Below, one piece after another: positions 55,025 through 64,000 of a stretch of 64,000 nt of DNA. A model generated the notes under the pieces. That model had not been told where the DNA came from. It searched no databases and was given only the letters and a program-made list of their open reading frames with translations. The DNA is from a virus (taxonomy: Duplodnaviria > Caudoviricetes). Within the stretch, counting starts at the first letter, position 1; each line of letters opens with the position of its first letter. The stretch is taken from the IMG/VR virus record IMGVR_UViG_3300028832_000128, positions 11,586 to 75,585 of that record; one strand, written 5' to 3'. The position numbers and the translations under genes are program-made.

Positions 55025-55053
55025 ATTATACAACAAAAAAAAGACTATTGCAA
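55025..55053 (-). promoter_or_regulatory. Promoter overlapping the late terminator
   Basis: TTGCAA-17 bp-TATAAT. Confidence 0.65.
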
Positions 55054-55070
55054 AATACAATAGTCTTTTT
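55035..55070. terminator. Bidirectional terminator
   Basis: aaaaagactattg/caatagtcttttt. Confidence 0.8.
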
Positions 55071-55088
55071 AATTGTTACAAATTATAA

Positions 55089-58000
55089 TTAAGCTGCTTT
55101 TTTAACCGCTCTTTTCCACTTGCGCAACAAATCTATAATCTGATTTTCCATATTGATTTTAGTTTGTTCATTTTCTTTTTGTTGTTTAAACGTTAAATTT
55201 TTTCTGTTATCGGTAGCGTTTTTAACAAACTTGTTATAATCTTTTATTCTTTTACTGATAGTTCTTATATGCGGAGCATTAGCCGATAAATATTTTAACT
55301 CTTCGGAATTTAATTTTCTTAATCCTTCTTTATGAGATTTTTCCAACGCTTCGAACTTTTCTTTTTCATCATAAAACTGTTGCATTTCTCTACCGTAAAT
55401 AAAATAACTTTCCTGTAACCATGGCATTACGGTCTTTCTAAATGCTTTTTCTTTTTCCGTAACATTTCCGGTAATAAAATCAGTAAGCCCTGTTTCTGTT
55501 TTTCCGGACAATTTATCAATAATAAATTCAGCACCTTTTTCAAACATACTGCCAACTTGCCCGGCTACATTGTAAAGATAATAATCTAATTTTATAGGAG
55601 CAATATTAAACTGTTTGCCTAAAAACTTCGCAAGGTCGCTTGTTTTTTCATCATACTGCATAGCTTTTTCTCGTTTCTGCAAATACTTCGGAACAATATC
55701 TTGTAACGTCGGATAGGTCTTTTTTCCACCGCCAAGCATTAACCCTATTTTTACTATTTGCGGAAAATCTCTATACATCAACTGTTCCCATCCTGAATTA
55801 TCTTTTTCAGCTAAAGTTTTAATCAAAGGAACAATAACATTAAAGTTATCCGGAATAACTCCACCGGTTAAAACTTCCGCATATTCGCTTAATTTATAAT
55901 CGTAATCATTTTTAAGTTCATCATGTATCATCGCACCTATTACAGCAGGAAAAGAATACAACTGTTCCCATGGTAACCTTAATAAATCCGTATCATTAAA
56001 TCCCCATGGCAAATAAGCAAATCTTATAAACTGAGCAGGATTTAACTGTTCTTTTAGATTCTTTCTTGTTTTATCGTCTATATAATCCCACCACAACGAA
56101 ACAGCTGTCTGAATTACACCTAATCCCATCATAGCAAACAAGGTTTTTAAAAATTTATTTTTTTCTTTATATTCATAAACACCGTTACTGTTTTGTTGCA
56201 AATTGACAATCTTTGGATTTTCTAATAAATTATTTCCTTTTGTTGTCAATAAACTTCTTATACCTTGTCTTACTACCTGAAGCCCTGCATTCATGTAAGG
56301 AACCGACCTTAACAACGATCTTCCGAAACCACCGCCCCACATTCCTCTATCACCAAACGGAACAGAAACTTCGTCAGCCATTCTTTTAGCTGTAATAATA
56401 TCAAATCCAGCTCCTCTTGCTTTTACATACTCGGTTCTTCTTGTTACAACTTCAGATAAGTTCGGTAAAAACGATAATATTTTTTTACCATATCCAAATA
56501 TTTTATATAACGCATTAGTTTTAAATGCTTGTGCTAAATCGTCCGGATTAACTTCATCCAAATTTGAAAGAAAAGTATTACTCTCACCAAATAACTCATT
56601 GTATTCATCAAAATATTGTCTTAATTCAGGATTTTGTCTGCATTTAACATAAGTCATTATAGGAGTAAAAAACGGAACATATCCCATATCTGAATTAACG
56701 CTTGCTGTTATCTGATCCCTCGCAAAGTTTGTTATTGCAAAAATAGGATTTTCTGCCGTTGTCATCAATGTAAAAAACTTTGCCGGAGCAACCATCATTT
56801 TTTCTACAACGCTCATTTTGTAGTTATCAATCAAACTATCCCAAACCTTTTTAACAAATGGATCCATTTCTAAAGTCTGTTTTATTTCTTTGCCTGTAGC
56901 TCTGTCTGTTCCAACTATAACAAGTTTACTGTTATTTTTTTCATCTCCTGTTTTATACGGAACCTTTTGCATAAGCTCCGGATATAACTCGGCAATCTCG
57001 CCCATTCTATTAGCTACAATTTGTTTATAACTTTTCTTATACGCTTCTTTCATTAATTGTATTGAAGAGTATAATGGAGATAAAATCGGCAATTGGCTAC
57101 CTTCGATTTTTTTCAAGTTTTTAATATTCCAATTCGAAGATACTATTTTCGGTATAACATCGTTTTTTGCTCCAAACTGTTCAACAAACTCTTTACCATC
57201 TCCGGTAAGCTCGTTATAAGCTACTCTGTTAAACGGAGCATATCCGTAATTAGCAACAAGCTCATTATACATTTCTTTATCAATCAGCTTTGCTGTTCTT
57301 AATACGGTTAAATTACATCTCATTAAAAAATCATATTTTTTGGCAAGCTCTCTGTTTTGTGCGTTATCCAAAAACTTATAAGCGTCTTTTATATTCTGCT
57401 CATTTTTGCCGTTCTTTTCAAGAATACTTTGCAAATTCTGCAACTTCTCGCCTTCTTGCTTAATCTGTCTTGTAAGTTTATCAATTTCAATCCTTAAACT
57501 TCTTTCCAAATCGTAAGCCGCTTTCTGATCGTGTATATTATAAAAATCATCTTTCTTGATTTTCTCGCTTACTTCGTTATATTTTTGCTGCAACTTTTTT
57601 AAATTATTTCCTAAAACTTCAATTCCGTTTGCTATTTTATCACGGTTTTCATACCATGTAACAAATCTTCTTGCTACCAAATATCCGTTAAATTCACTTT
57701 GTGCCTTTTGCACATCTTCAATTAAAGTTCTCCAATTTACATTGTCGCTTACTTTTACCGGATTGCCACGACTATCAATTATATACATCTTACCGTCTTT
57801 ATTAGTTAAATTATTTTCTAATATACCTTTTAAAACGGTTCTATATCCTTTTGCTGTTAAATACAAGTCTTTATCCAACATTTTTAATACAGCTTCACTA
57901 TCAAACAACTGACTATCGATTCTTACACCAAGCGGAATTTTTGTTTTTGCTTGCACTTTTTGAGCTTTATCGTAAATTTCAGTTGTCAGTTTTTCTACAG

Positions 58001-61000
58001 GATTTAAACTTTCATAATCGACAATAATCTGTCTTGCGTCATCTCTAAACGATTGTAACGTTTCATTACTCATAGCCCATTTATACGCATTACCGTAAAA
58101 ATTTTCTATCATATCCGGATTAATTATCGAATGTTGAATTAACGTAGCAAGTCCTTCAGCTAATCTGCTTTTTACACTTTGTTTTGAAATATCTGTAGGA
58201 TATAAATCTTTAGCCGCTTTTAACAATTCATCAGCTGCTTTTCCTTCAGGAATGCTTATATCAGGAATAAACGTTGTTATAGCTTTTTTACCTTTAAACG
58301 TTGTTACTGCTTTAAATCCTTTCTCGTAAAGGTCATTTATAATTTGCAACTTATCATCAATAGCATGCACCAACTCATGAGCTACCACATCCACATTAAG
58401 CAAACTGTTTAAATAAATATTGCCTTTTCTGCTACCATAATTATAATACACGCCTAAAGTGTTTCTCGGTCTGTATTTGCTTTCAGCAATATTATTAACC
58501 ATGTATTTTGTAGCCAAATCATAAGTTCTTTGATATAACTTAAAATCACTCATTTTTGGCTTTTCGTTACTATTGATTTTTACATCGGTTTTAAGTGCAG
58601 AACTATAAGCCGGTCTTGTTTTACTACTTAAAGACAAATCTATAGAGTTATTATTTTCGTCTTCAAGTTTTAATTTGTTTTTTACATCGTCGGCTTTTGT
58701 TTTTACGGATTCAAGATTTTTAAATTTAGATAAATATTTTGCTTGTTCTGTAGTAAATTCCGCTGCACTGTTGGCAAGATTTTCTTTTTGAAAAAAACTG
58801 TCTACAAGGAAATTACCGAACTTATCTTTAAGCTCGGTTAAAGTTTTTTCGGTTACTCTTCCCCGTAAAACTTGATCCCATCCGCTTCGCAATCCTTCTT
58901 CCATTCTTCCATTTCGTTGTCCATTTCCACTGCTTCCTGCGGAGTTATCAACCTGCTCGGCTTGTTGGATAAGCTGTCGAGCTTGGAGCTCTGTAAGTTC
59001 TTCTGAGGATCCTGCGATATTGTTTTTTCTGACATAATCATCTACTGCCCCCTTACTGAACTTATTATACAATATTTTTGCGTTTTTGTCATCACCTATA
59101 TTTGCTCCGCCTTTTCCTGCACCTAAACAACTTGTTGCTACAACCTTACCGCCGTTTCTTTCAATATACTTTCTTAACTCATTAATATTTGCACCCATTG
59201 TAAATATATCATCCACTATAATATATTCTAATTCAGGCACTACCTCGCCGCTAAATACCGCTTTATCAACAATTCTATCCATCGCTCCGGCACCGGTATG
59301 ATGAGTTTTATTTATTTGTTTAATTTTACCATAAGGTTTTAATCCTGTGATTTTCGCAACCTTTTTAGCATAAGCAAAAGGAATTTTGTTTTTACCTGCT
59401 TTTTCTATGGACCATAACGGCACAATTACAGCATTAGGATATTTTTCTTTCAACGCTTTTAATGCTTCAATTTTGTTTTGTATGTTTTTTCTTACGCTTG
59501 CACTTTTGCCGTTTGTGTCAAATATTTTATCTACCAGCTCATAAGCACTTTTAAGGTCTCCTGCTTTAGCTTTTTGATGTAACTGTTTATCTTTTATTAC
59601 ACTGCTTGTAATGGTTATCTGCACAGAATCAACCGGTCTTGTTATCGGACAATTTTGTTCTTGCAATGTTTCATTGTGTATTACAGCGTTTCCTATATTC
59701 TCTGTTGCTTTTATTTTTTTATCATTATCCTTGCCGACCGCAAGCCCTAAATCTTCATATCTGCTTACATTTCTTTCAATATCTTCAAGTTCTTCCCAAA
59801 TACTTGCGTTATCGTTTCCGGTTACTTCCTGTAAAGTATGCTCGGCTTGATCCCATGTATATCCTTTAGAATTTACAAGCCTGTCTTTTTCATCATAAAA
59901 AAACTCTCTTCTTATTCTCGGACTTAAATGCTCATACTCTCCATAATTCGGATCACCTTTTTTAGGTCTTACTATCCTACCAATTCCCATATCTCTTAAT
60001 CTTTGCTTCTCGCTTTTAATTGTAGGTATAGCACCGCTTTCTTTTAGCTCTTCAATCATCATTTTTTCGTATTGTTCTTGAGCTACAGCTTCATCTTCCA
60101 ACTGTTTAGCAAAATTCTCATCCCATTCAGCCGGATTAAAAGATGTATCGATGTTTTCGTTGTTATCAATAATTGCGTCGCTTTCTGCGTTTTCGCTTTG
60201 CAAAATATCGTTTTGAATTTCCGGATTTTTGATTTCCGGATAATTACTTGAAACATCGATTAACACATTGTTTGGACTTATATAGTTTATATTGTTTCCT
60301 GATCCAATAAATCCTAATAATCCGTTCTCTTTATTTTCTCCGACATATATCCCATAACTCGAATTATTTATTTTATAAATATTTCCTTTTACAAGTTCAA
60401 AATCACCTTTTACGTTATTAGGAAAATTTTTAATTGTTTCTTCTGTAGGATTTTCAACTACATTTTCTAATCTTTGTTTAACAATATTTGTTTTTGTGTT
60501 TTCAATTTGTTTGGTTATAGTTTTTAAATCTTTTTCATAATTTATTTTAATATTATCGTCGGTATTAACAATATCTTGCTCCATACCAATTCTTTTTGGT
60601 TCAACTTCGATGTTTGCTTTTTCTGTAGCTTTAGGCACTTTTGCCATTTTTGTTTTTATATTTATTGCTACAGCGTCATCCGGACTTATACTTTCAACTC
60701 TTTTATCTACAGCCGTTTTAAATCGTTGCTCTTGCTCCGAGGTTATTTTATACCCTGCTTTTTTAAGCTTATCAATTGTGTTGTTTGCTGCGTCTGTCAA
60801 CAATGTTTTTTTAAATTTGTTTACTCCTGCACCTATAACAGCAGTATCTCCAATCGCTTCCAATAAACTTGCTCCGAGTTTTACATATTCGTTAGTATCT
60901 TCCGGTAACATTTCAGCTAACATTTTTATTTGCATAGGAGAATATTTTTCTCCTTTAGCTTTTGTTACTATCAAATTTTTTAATTGTTGTAACCCTGCAA

Positions 61001-61550
61001 ATCCTGCCAACGCAGTAACAGGCATTGCACCGGTTAAAGCAAGTGTAGGTAGTTGTGCAGATAAAACAGCAAAAGTTTGTTTGTCTTTTAGCTTTTTTAA
61101 CTCTTCGATGTTTTTTACACTACCACCGGCAGAAGCAACGGCTATTTTATTTCCTAAAATATCAAAGCTATCAGGTTCATAAATAACCTTTGCGTTATCA
61201 TCTTGTTTTGTTCTTGCTCTTAAACTTGGTTCGATATTGTTGTATTCTTTTACCGTTGAATTATTAGCTATATTTTTTACTATATTTACAGGATTAACAG
61301 TATTTTTAATCACATCAGTAACAGCATTTATGTTTTTAGCCGTATCAATAGCAGGTTTTGTAATTTTGTTTATACCGTCATAAATTTTACTTCCTGCGTT
61401 TTCAAGCGTTTTGATAATAGGATTTTTCTCTTTCTCTAATTCAAGTTTGCTTAAATCAATTGTATTGTCGTTTTTTTCTAATTCCAATCCGCTCAAATCT
61501 ACTTTGTTTTTATTTTCTTTTTCTAAATCTAATCCGGACAAATCAAGCAT
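55089..61550 (-). CDS. Giant ejection/polyvalent protein, 2153 aa
   Basis: Diverged homolog of 17725-24174; IIVDDIFTMGA and HELVH conserved. Confidence 0.7.
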   Translation of the reverse strand: MLDLSGLDLEKENKNKVDLSGLELEKNDNTIDLSKLELEKEKNPIIKTLENAGSKIYDGINKITKPAIDTAKNINAVTDVIKNTVNPVNIVKNIANNSTVKEYNNIEPSLRARTKQDDNAKVIYEPDSFDILGNKIAVASAGGSVKNIEELKKLKDKQTFAVLSAQLPTLALTGAMPVTALAGFAGLQQLKNLIVTKAKGEKYSPMQIKMLAEMLPEDTNEYVKLGASLLEAIGDTAVIGAGVNKFKKTLLTDAANNTIDKLKKAGYKITSEQEQRFKTAVDKRVESISPDDAVAINIKTKMAKVPKATEKANIEVEPKRIGMEQDIVNTDDNIKINYEKDLKTITKQIENTKTNIVKQRLENVVENPTEETIKNFPNNVKGDFELVKGNIYKINNSSYGIYVGENKENGLLGFIGSGNNINYISPNNVLIDVSSNYPEIKNPEIQNDILQSENAESDAIIDNNENIDTSFNPAEWDENFAKQLEDEAVAQEQYEKMMIEELKESGAIPTIKSEKQRLRDMGIGRIVRPKKGDPNYGEYEHLSPRIRREFFYDEKDRLVNSKGYTWDQAEHTLQEVTGNDNASIWEELEDIERNVSRYEDLGLAVGKDNDKKIKATENIGNAVIHNETLQEQNCPITRPVDSVQITITSSVIKDKQLHQKAKAGDLKSAYELVDKIFDTNGKSASVRKNIQNKIEALKALKEKYPNAVIVPLWSIEKAGKNKIPFAYAKKVAKITGLKPYGKIKQINKTHHTGAGAMDRIVDKAVFSGEVVPELEYIIVDDIFTMGANINELRKYIERNGGKVVATSCLGAGKGGANIGDDKNAKILYNKFSKGAVDDYVRKNNIAGSSEELTELQARQLIQQAEQVDNSAGSSGNGQRNGRMEEGLRSGWDQVLRGRVTEKTLTELKDKFGNFLVDSFFQKENLANSAAEFTTEQAKYLSKFKNLESVKTKADDVKNKLKLEDENNNSIDLSLSSKTRPAYSSALKTDVKINSNEKPKMSDFKLYQRTYDLATKYMVNNIAESKYRPRNTLGVYYNYGSRKGNIYLNSLLNVDVVAHELVHAIDDKLQIINDLYEKGFKAVTTFKGKKAITTFIPDISIPEGKAADELLKAAKDLYPTDISKQSVKSRLAEGLATLIQHSIINPDMIENFYGNAYKWAMSNETLQSFRDDARQIIVDYESLNPVEKLTTEIYDKAQKVQAKTKIPLGVRIDSQLFDSEAVLKMLDKDLYLTAKGYRTVLKGILENNLTNKDGKMYIIDSRGNPVKVSDNVNWRTLIEDVQKAQSEFNGYLVARRFVTWYENRDKIANGIEVLGNNLKKLQQKYNEVSEKIKKDDFYNIHDQKAAYDLERSLRIEIDKLTRQIKQEGEKLQNLQSILEKNGKNEQNIKDAYKFLDNAQNRELAKKYDFLMRCNLTVLRTAKLIDKEMYNELVANYGYAPFNRVAYNELTGDGKEFVEQFGAKNDVIPKIVSSNWNIKNLKKIEGSQLPILSPLYSSIQLMKEAYKKSYKQIVANRMGEIAELYPELMQKVPYKTGDEKNNSKLVIVGTDRATGKEIKQTLEMDPFVKKVWDSLIDNYKMSVVEKMMVAPAKFFTLMTTAENPIFAITNFARDQITASVNSDMGYVPFFTPIMTYVKCRQNPELRQYFDEYNELFGESNTFLSNLDEVNPDDLAQAFKTNALYKIFGYGKKILSFLPNLSEVVTRRTEYVKARGAGFDIITAKRMADEVSVPFGDRGMWGGGFGRSLLRSVPYMNAGLQVVRQGIRSLLTTKGNNLLENPKIVNLQQNSNGVYEYKEKNKFLKTLFAMMGLGVIQTAVSLWWDYIDDKTRKNLKEQLNPAQFIRFAYLPWGFNDTDLLRLPWEQLYSFPAVIGAMIHDELKNDYDYKLSEYAEVLTGGVIPDNFNVIVPLIKTLAEKDNSGWEQLMYRDFPQIVKIGLMLGGGKKTYPTLQDIVPKYLQKREKAMQYDEKTSDLAKFLGKQFNIAPIKLDYYLYNVAGQVGSMFEKGAEFIIDKLSGKTETGLTDFITGNVTEKEKAFRKTVMPWLQESYFIYGREMQQFYDEKEKFEALEKSHKEGLRKLNSEELKYLSANAPHIRTISKRIKDYNKFVKNATDNRKNLTFKQQKENEQTKINMENQIIDLLRKWKRAVKKAA

Positions 61551-61564
61551 AATAAAACCTCTTA

Positions 61565-62500
61565 TTATTTTTTCTTTAAAAGTGCAACAACTTTTTTAAT
61601 GTTGTCTTCGGTAACCTTATAACCTTGTTGTTTTAACTGCTCTATAGCTTGTTGTCTTAATGTATTTTCATTGTTTGTTGGTTCGGTTTTTGTTTGTTTT
61701 TTATTACCAAGCAATCTGCTCCAAAAACCGCCATCATTATTATCATCGGTAGTATCTTGTTTTCTTTTTACGGCTTCTTTGTATTTTTTCAATACATCGT
61801 CATATAATCCGCTTTTTTGCAAATATCCGTTAGCTATCGGATCTTCTACCATACCAATTAACATATCATCATCGTTTTTGTTTCCGTAAGGATCAAACGA
61901 TTTTCTCCACTTATTCAATTGGTTCATAGCTTCTTTGGGCGTTATTACTCCGGCGTTTTCCTGTCTTCTTTGGTTTGTAGTTAAAGATGATAATCCGGAT
62001 AACAAATTATAAGGCACTCTTTGCCCTGCTGTATACTTTGTGTTATATACGCTATTTAAAATCTTTGCTGTTTGGTCGTCTAACATAACAGTATAATCTG
62101 TTTTACCGCCTGCAATATCAGTTCTCGGCACATATCGTATACTATTGTTTCTTAATCTACCGAAATCACCAGCATTAATTTTTGTTATTCTGTCTTCAGT
62201 TTCAATCGGCGTTGCAGCTGAAGAAACAGTTTTACCCATAACCGTTTGCGGCGTAATCGTTCTTGCTGCTCCTTGTCCTGTTAAACTTGTTTCGTATAAA
62301 TCAGCATTACCTTTTATAGCGTTATTCATCATACTTGTTACTATAGCGTCTTTCAATTTTTTTTCGTAAGTCTCGTCTTGATATTTTCTATCATCTTCAA
62401 TGTTACTTCTATTCATCTGATTTTGTAAAAACATATTCAATATACCGGTCAAATTGTTAAAAGCTCCTGCAAAACCCCTGCTATTTGCATAATTAGCCAT
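61565..62500 (-). CDS. Putative ejection protein
   Basis: Homolog of 24185-25117. Confidence 0.55.
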   Translation of the reverse strand: MANYANSRGFAGAFNNLTGILNMFLQNQMNRSNIEDDRKYQDETYEKKLKDAIVTSMMNNAIKGNADLYETSLTGQGAARTITPQTVMGKTVSSAATPIETEDRITKINAGDFGRLRNNSIRYVPRTDIAGGKTDYTVMLDDQTAKILNSVYNTKYTAGQRVPYNLLSGLSSLTTNQRRQENAGVITPKEAMNQLNKWRKSFDPYGNKNDDDMLIGMVEDPIANGYLQKSGLYDDVLKKYKEAVKRKQDTTDDNNDGGFWSRLLGNKKQTKTEPTNNENTLRQQAIEQLKQQGYKVTEDNIKKVVALLKKK

Positions 62501-62541
62501 ATAAGCCCCCTGTATTTATTCTTTTAAATGTTTTTAATATA

Positions 62542-63042
62542 TTAAGAATATTGTGCTAATAACTCTTTTTGTCTCATTCCTGCTTGTTGTCCCGTCAACC
62601 AATCACTTAAATTAAACTGATCTCTTGCAGCAGCTGCCGACAAAGCAGTATTTACATTTTGATCGCTTAACGCAAGTCTCTGACTTGCCAAATCTTTATT
62701 AAGCTTTTGAGTTGCTGCAATTTGTCCGCCTATGGTTCCGCCCCTGTTTGCCATAATTGTAGCAATAGAAGAAGCTCCTTCGTTTGCGGCTTGATTTAAT
62801 TGATCTTCTTGACCTTTTGTCAATGTTCCGCTACCGTAAGTTGAAATTAAATTATTAAAAAAATCTTCGTATGGACTTTGGTAATTTTCATATCCGTAAT
62901 CGCTTAGATAACTTCTCGCTAATGCTTTACTTCTGTCTTCTCTTTTTCTTTCCGCAGCTGCCTCATTTGCTCCGAACATGTTACCCAAAAAACTACTTAA
63001 AACACTTGCACCGCCTAAAGCCACCATTGCCGGAATTGCCAT
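62542..63042 (-). CDS. Putative pilot/ejection protein
   Basis: Homolog of 25151-25648. Confidence 0.55.
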   Translation of the reverse strand: MAIPAMVALGGASVLSSFLGNMFGANEAAAERKREDRSKALARSYLSDYGYENYQSPYEDFFNNLISTYGSGTLTKGQEDQLNQAANEGASSIATIMANRGGTIGGQIAATQKLNKDLASQRLALSDQNVNTALSAAAARDQFNLSDWLTGQQAGMRQKELLAQYS

Positions 63043-63043
63043 T

Positions 63044-63376
63044 TTATTCCACCTCTCTTAATTTATTTATTTGTTCTATCAATTCATTTTTTTGTAATTT
63101 TTTTTGTGCTAAATATTGTTTTGCTTCTTGTTTTTTTTCTGCTGTTTGCTCGTCATCATCAATAATTAATATATCTCTAAGCATATCTATATTTATTTTT
63201 TCTATTTGTTTTTCTAATACAGCAATTTGTTCATCTGTAGTAGGTTCGCTATTTTGCACAACTTCGTAATAATCGCCTTTGTCTTCAATACTTGCATTAT
63301 TTGCATTGCACCAAACAGCCGTATTTGCATAATCTTCATAATTTTTAATTGGTTTATAAATTTTTTTACCTAACAT
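63044..63376 (-). CDS. Tail-fibre-associated/chaperone-like protein
   Basis: Homolog of 25651-25980. Confidence 0.5.
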   Translation of the reverse strand: MLGKKIYKPIKNYEDYANTAVWCNANNASIEDKGDYYEVVQNSEPTTDEQIAVLEKQIEKINIDMLRDILIIDDDEQTAEKKQEAKQYLAQKKLQKNELIEQINKLREVE

Positions 63377-63387
63377 ATAAAAACCTC

Positions 63388-63915
63388 TTAAGCTTTATAA
63401 CCACAAACATACCATATAGGAGCACTATAATCGTGTCCTATTGCTATTTTTGTAGAACTTATAATATAAGCGTCTCTTTGATCTCCGGCAGAACTACTCC
63501 TGTTATTACAATTTAATAAACAGTAATTACTGTCATTCATAGGTATTGCTAAAGTAACTTCTTTAAAACCATAAGATCCTTGATAATCGTATCTTCCGCC
63601 TTGCTCTACCCATCCATTCGAATATATCCTATACCAAGTTGTTCCGTTTTTGTAAGTTTGAGTTATATAAGATTGTGGCACCGCAGGTTCATTTTCGCTT
63701 ATACTTCTTTTATATAAAACACCGTCGATATTTATACATAAAAAAATATTTCCGTTAGCATTATTAAATCCTATATTTCCGTTTTGTAAAACAGATAATA
63801 TTTCTTTATCTGTCTGATTATCGAACACTTTAAAGTTTTTATCTTGTGCCTGTTGAAATAAAATGTTAAACAAAGTATTAATTTTATCATCAGACACATT
63901 ATAAGGTTTTTTCAT
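63388..63915 (-). CDS. Short tail fibre/tip protein
   Basis: Homolog of 25993-26502 with a different C-terminal tip. Confidence 0.6.
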   Translation of the reverse strand: MKKPYNVSDDKINTLFNILFQQAQDKNFKVFDNQTDKEILSVLQNGNIGFNNANGNIFLCINIDGVLYKRSISENEPAVPQSYITQTYKNGTTWYRIYSNGWVEQGGRYDYQGSYGFKEVTLAIPMNDSNYCLLNCNNRSSSAGDQRDAYIISSTKIAIGHDYSAPIWYVCGYKA

Positions 63916-63918
63916 TTT

Positions 63919-64000
63919 TTATCCTCTGTGCAATTCTCTTAAAGTCTGCCAATATAAAACAATATCATGTATTTCTGTTTGGTTTTCTGCCTGCCAACTG
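63919..64000 (-). CDS. 3' end of tail tubular protein (partial)
   Basis: SWQAENQTEIHDIVLYWQTLRELHRG* matches the end of 26505-29456. Confidence 0.8.
   Translation of the reverse strand, partial: SWQAENQTEIHDIVLYWQTLRELHRG

Larger units (their letters stand above)
54618..64000. mobile_element. Temperate phage unit C (right-truncated), diverged homolog of the B ejection/tail module
   Basis: Same gene order as 17725-26600 with diverged proteins. Confidence 0.88.

Overview
The whole window is AT-rich temperate-phage DNA, with no host genes visible. It holds three head-to-tail units of one podovirus-like family: A (1-~17.5 kb, left-truncated), B (~17.5-54.6 kb, a complete 37,143-bp att-to-att unit) and C (~54.6-64 kb, right-truncated). 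The replication/immunity/integration block (~8239-17634) is repeated apparently base-for-base at 45382-54777. The flanking late and structural modules are homologous but clearly diverged. Both junctions have attP form: arm repeats on both sides of the 5' half of a tRNA-Glu(CUC). Unit B carries a complete diversity-generating retroelement (RT, TR, VR, hairpin) targeting a tail/receptor-binding protein. Signals the ORF track does not explain: (1) a 99-nt tRNA-shaped RNA whose anticodon arm is replaced by a long helix, supported by compensatory changes between units, plus a second tRNA mimic with an 11-nt loop; (2) a P4-CI/P1-C4-like antisense RNA whose two segments match the RBS and start codon of leader peptides at two paralogous promoters; (3) a conserved 52-codon frame directly after a TGA stop, with no shared start codon, ending in an outer-membrane beta-signal-like WRF; (4) a 67-aa membrane protein in the repressor operon ending in the same LSGLNLEK motif that is repeated at the N-terminus of the 2,150-aa ejection protein. 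Protein family calls come from motif recognition by eye, not database searches. The host cannot be identified from this window.
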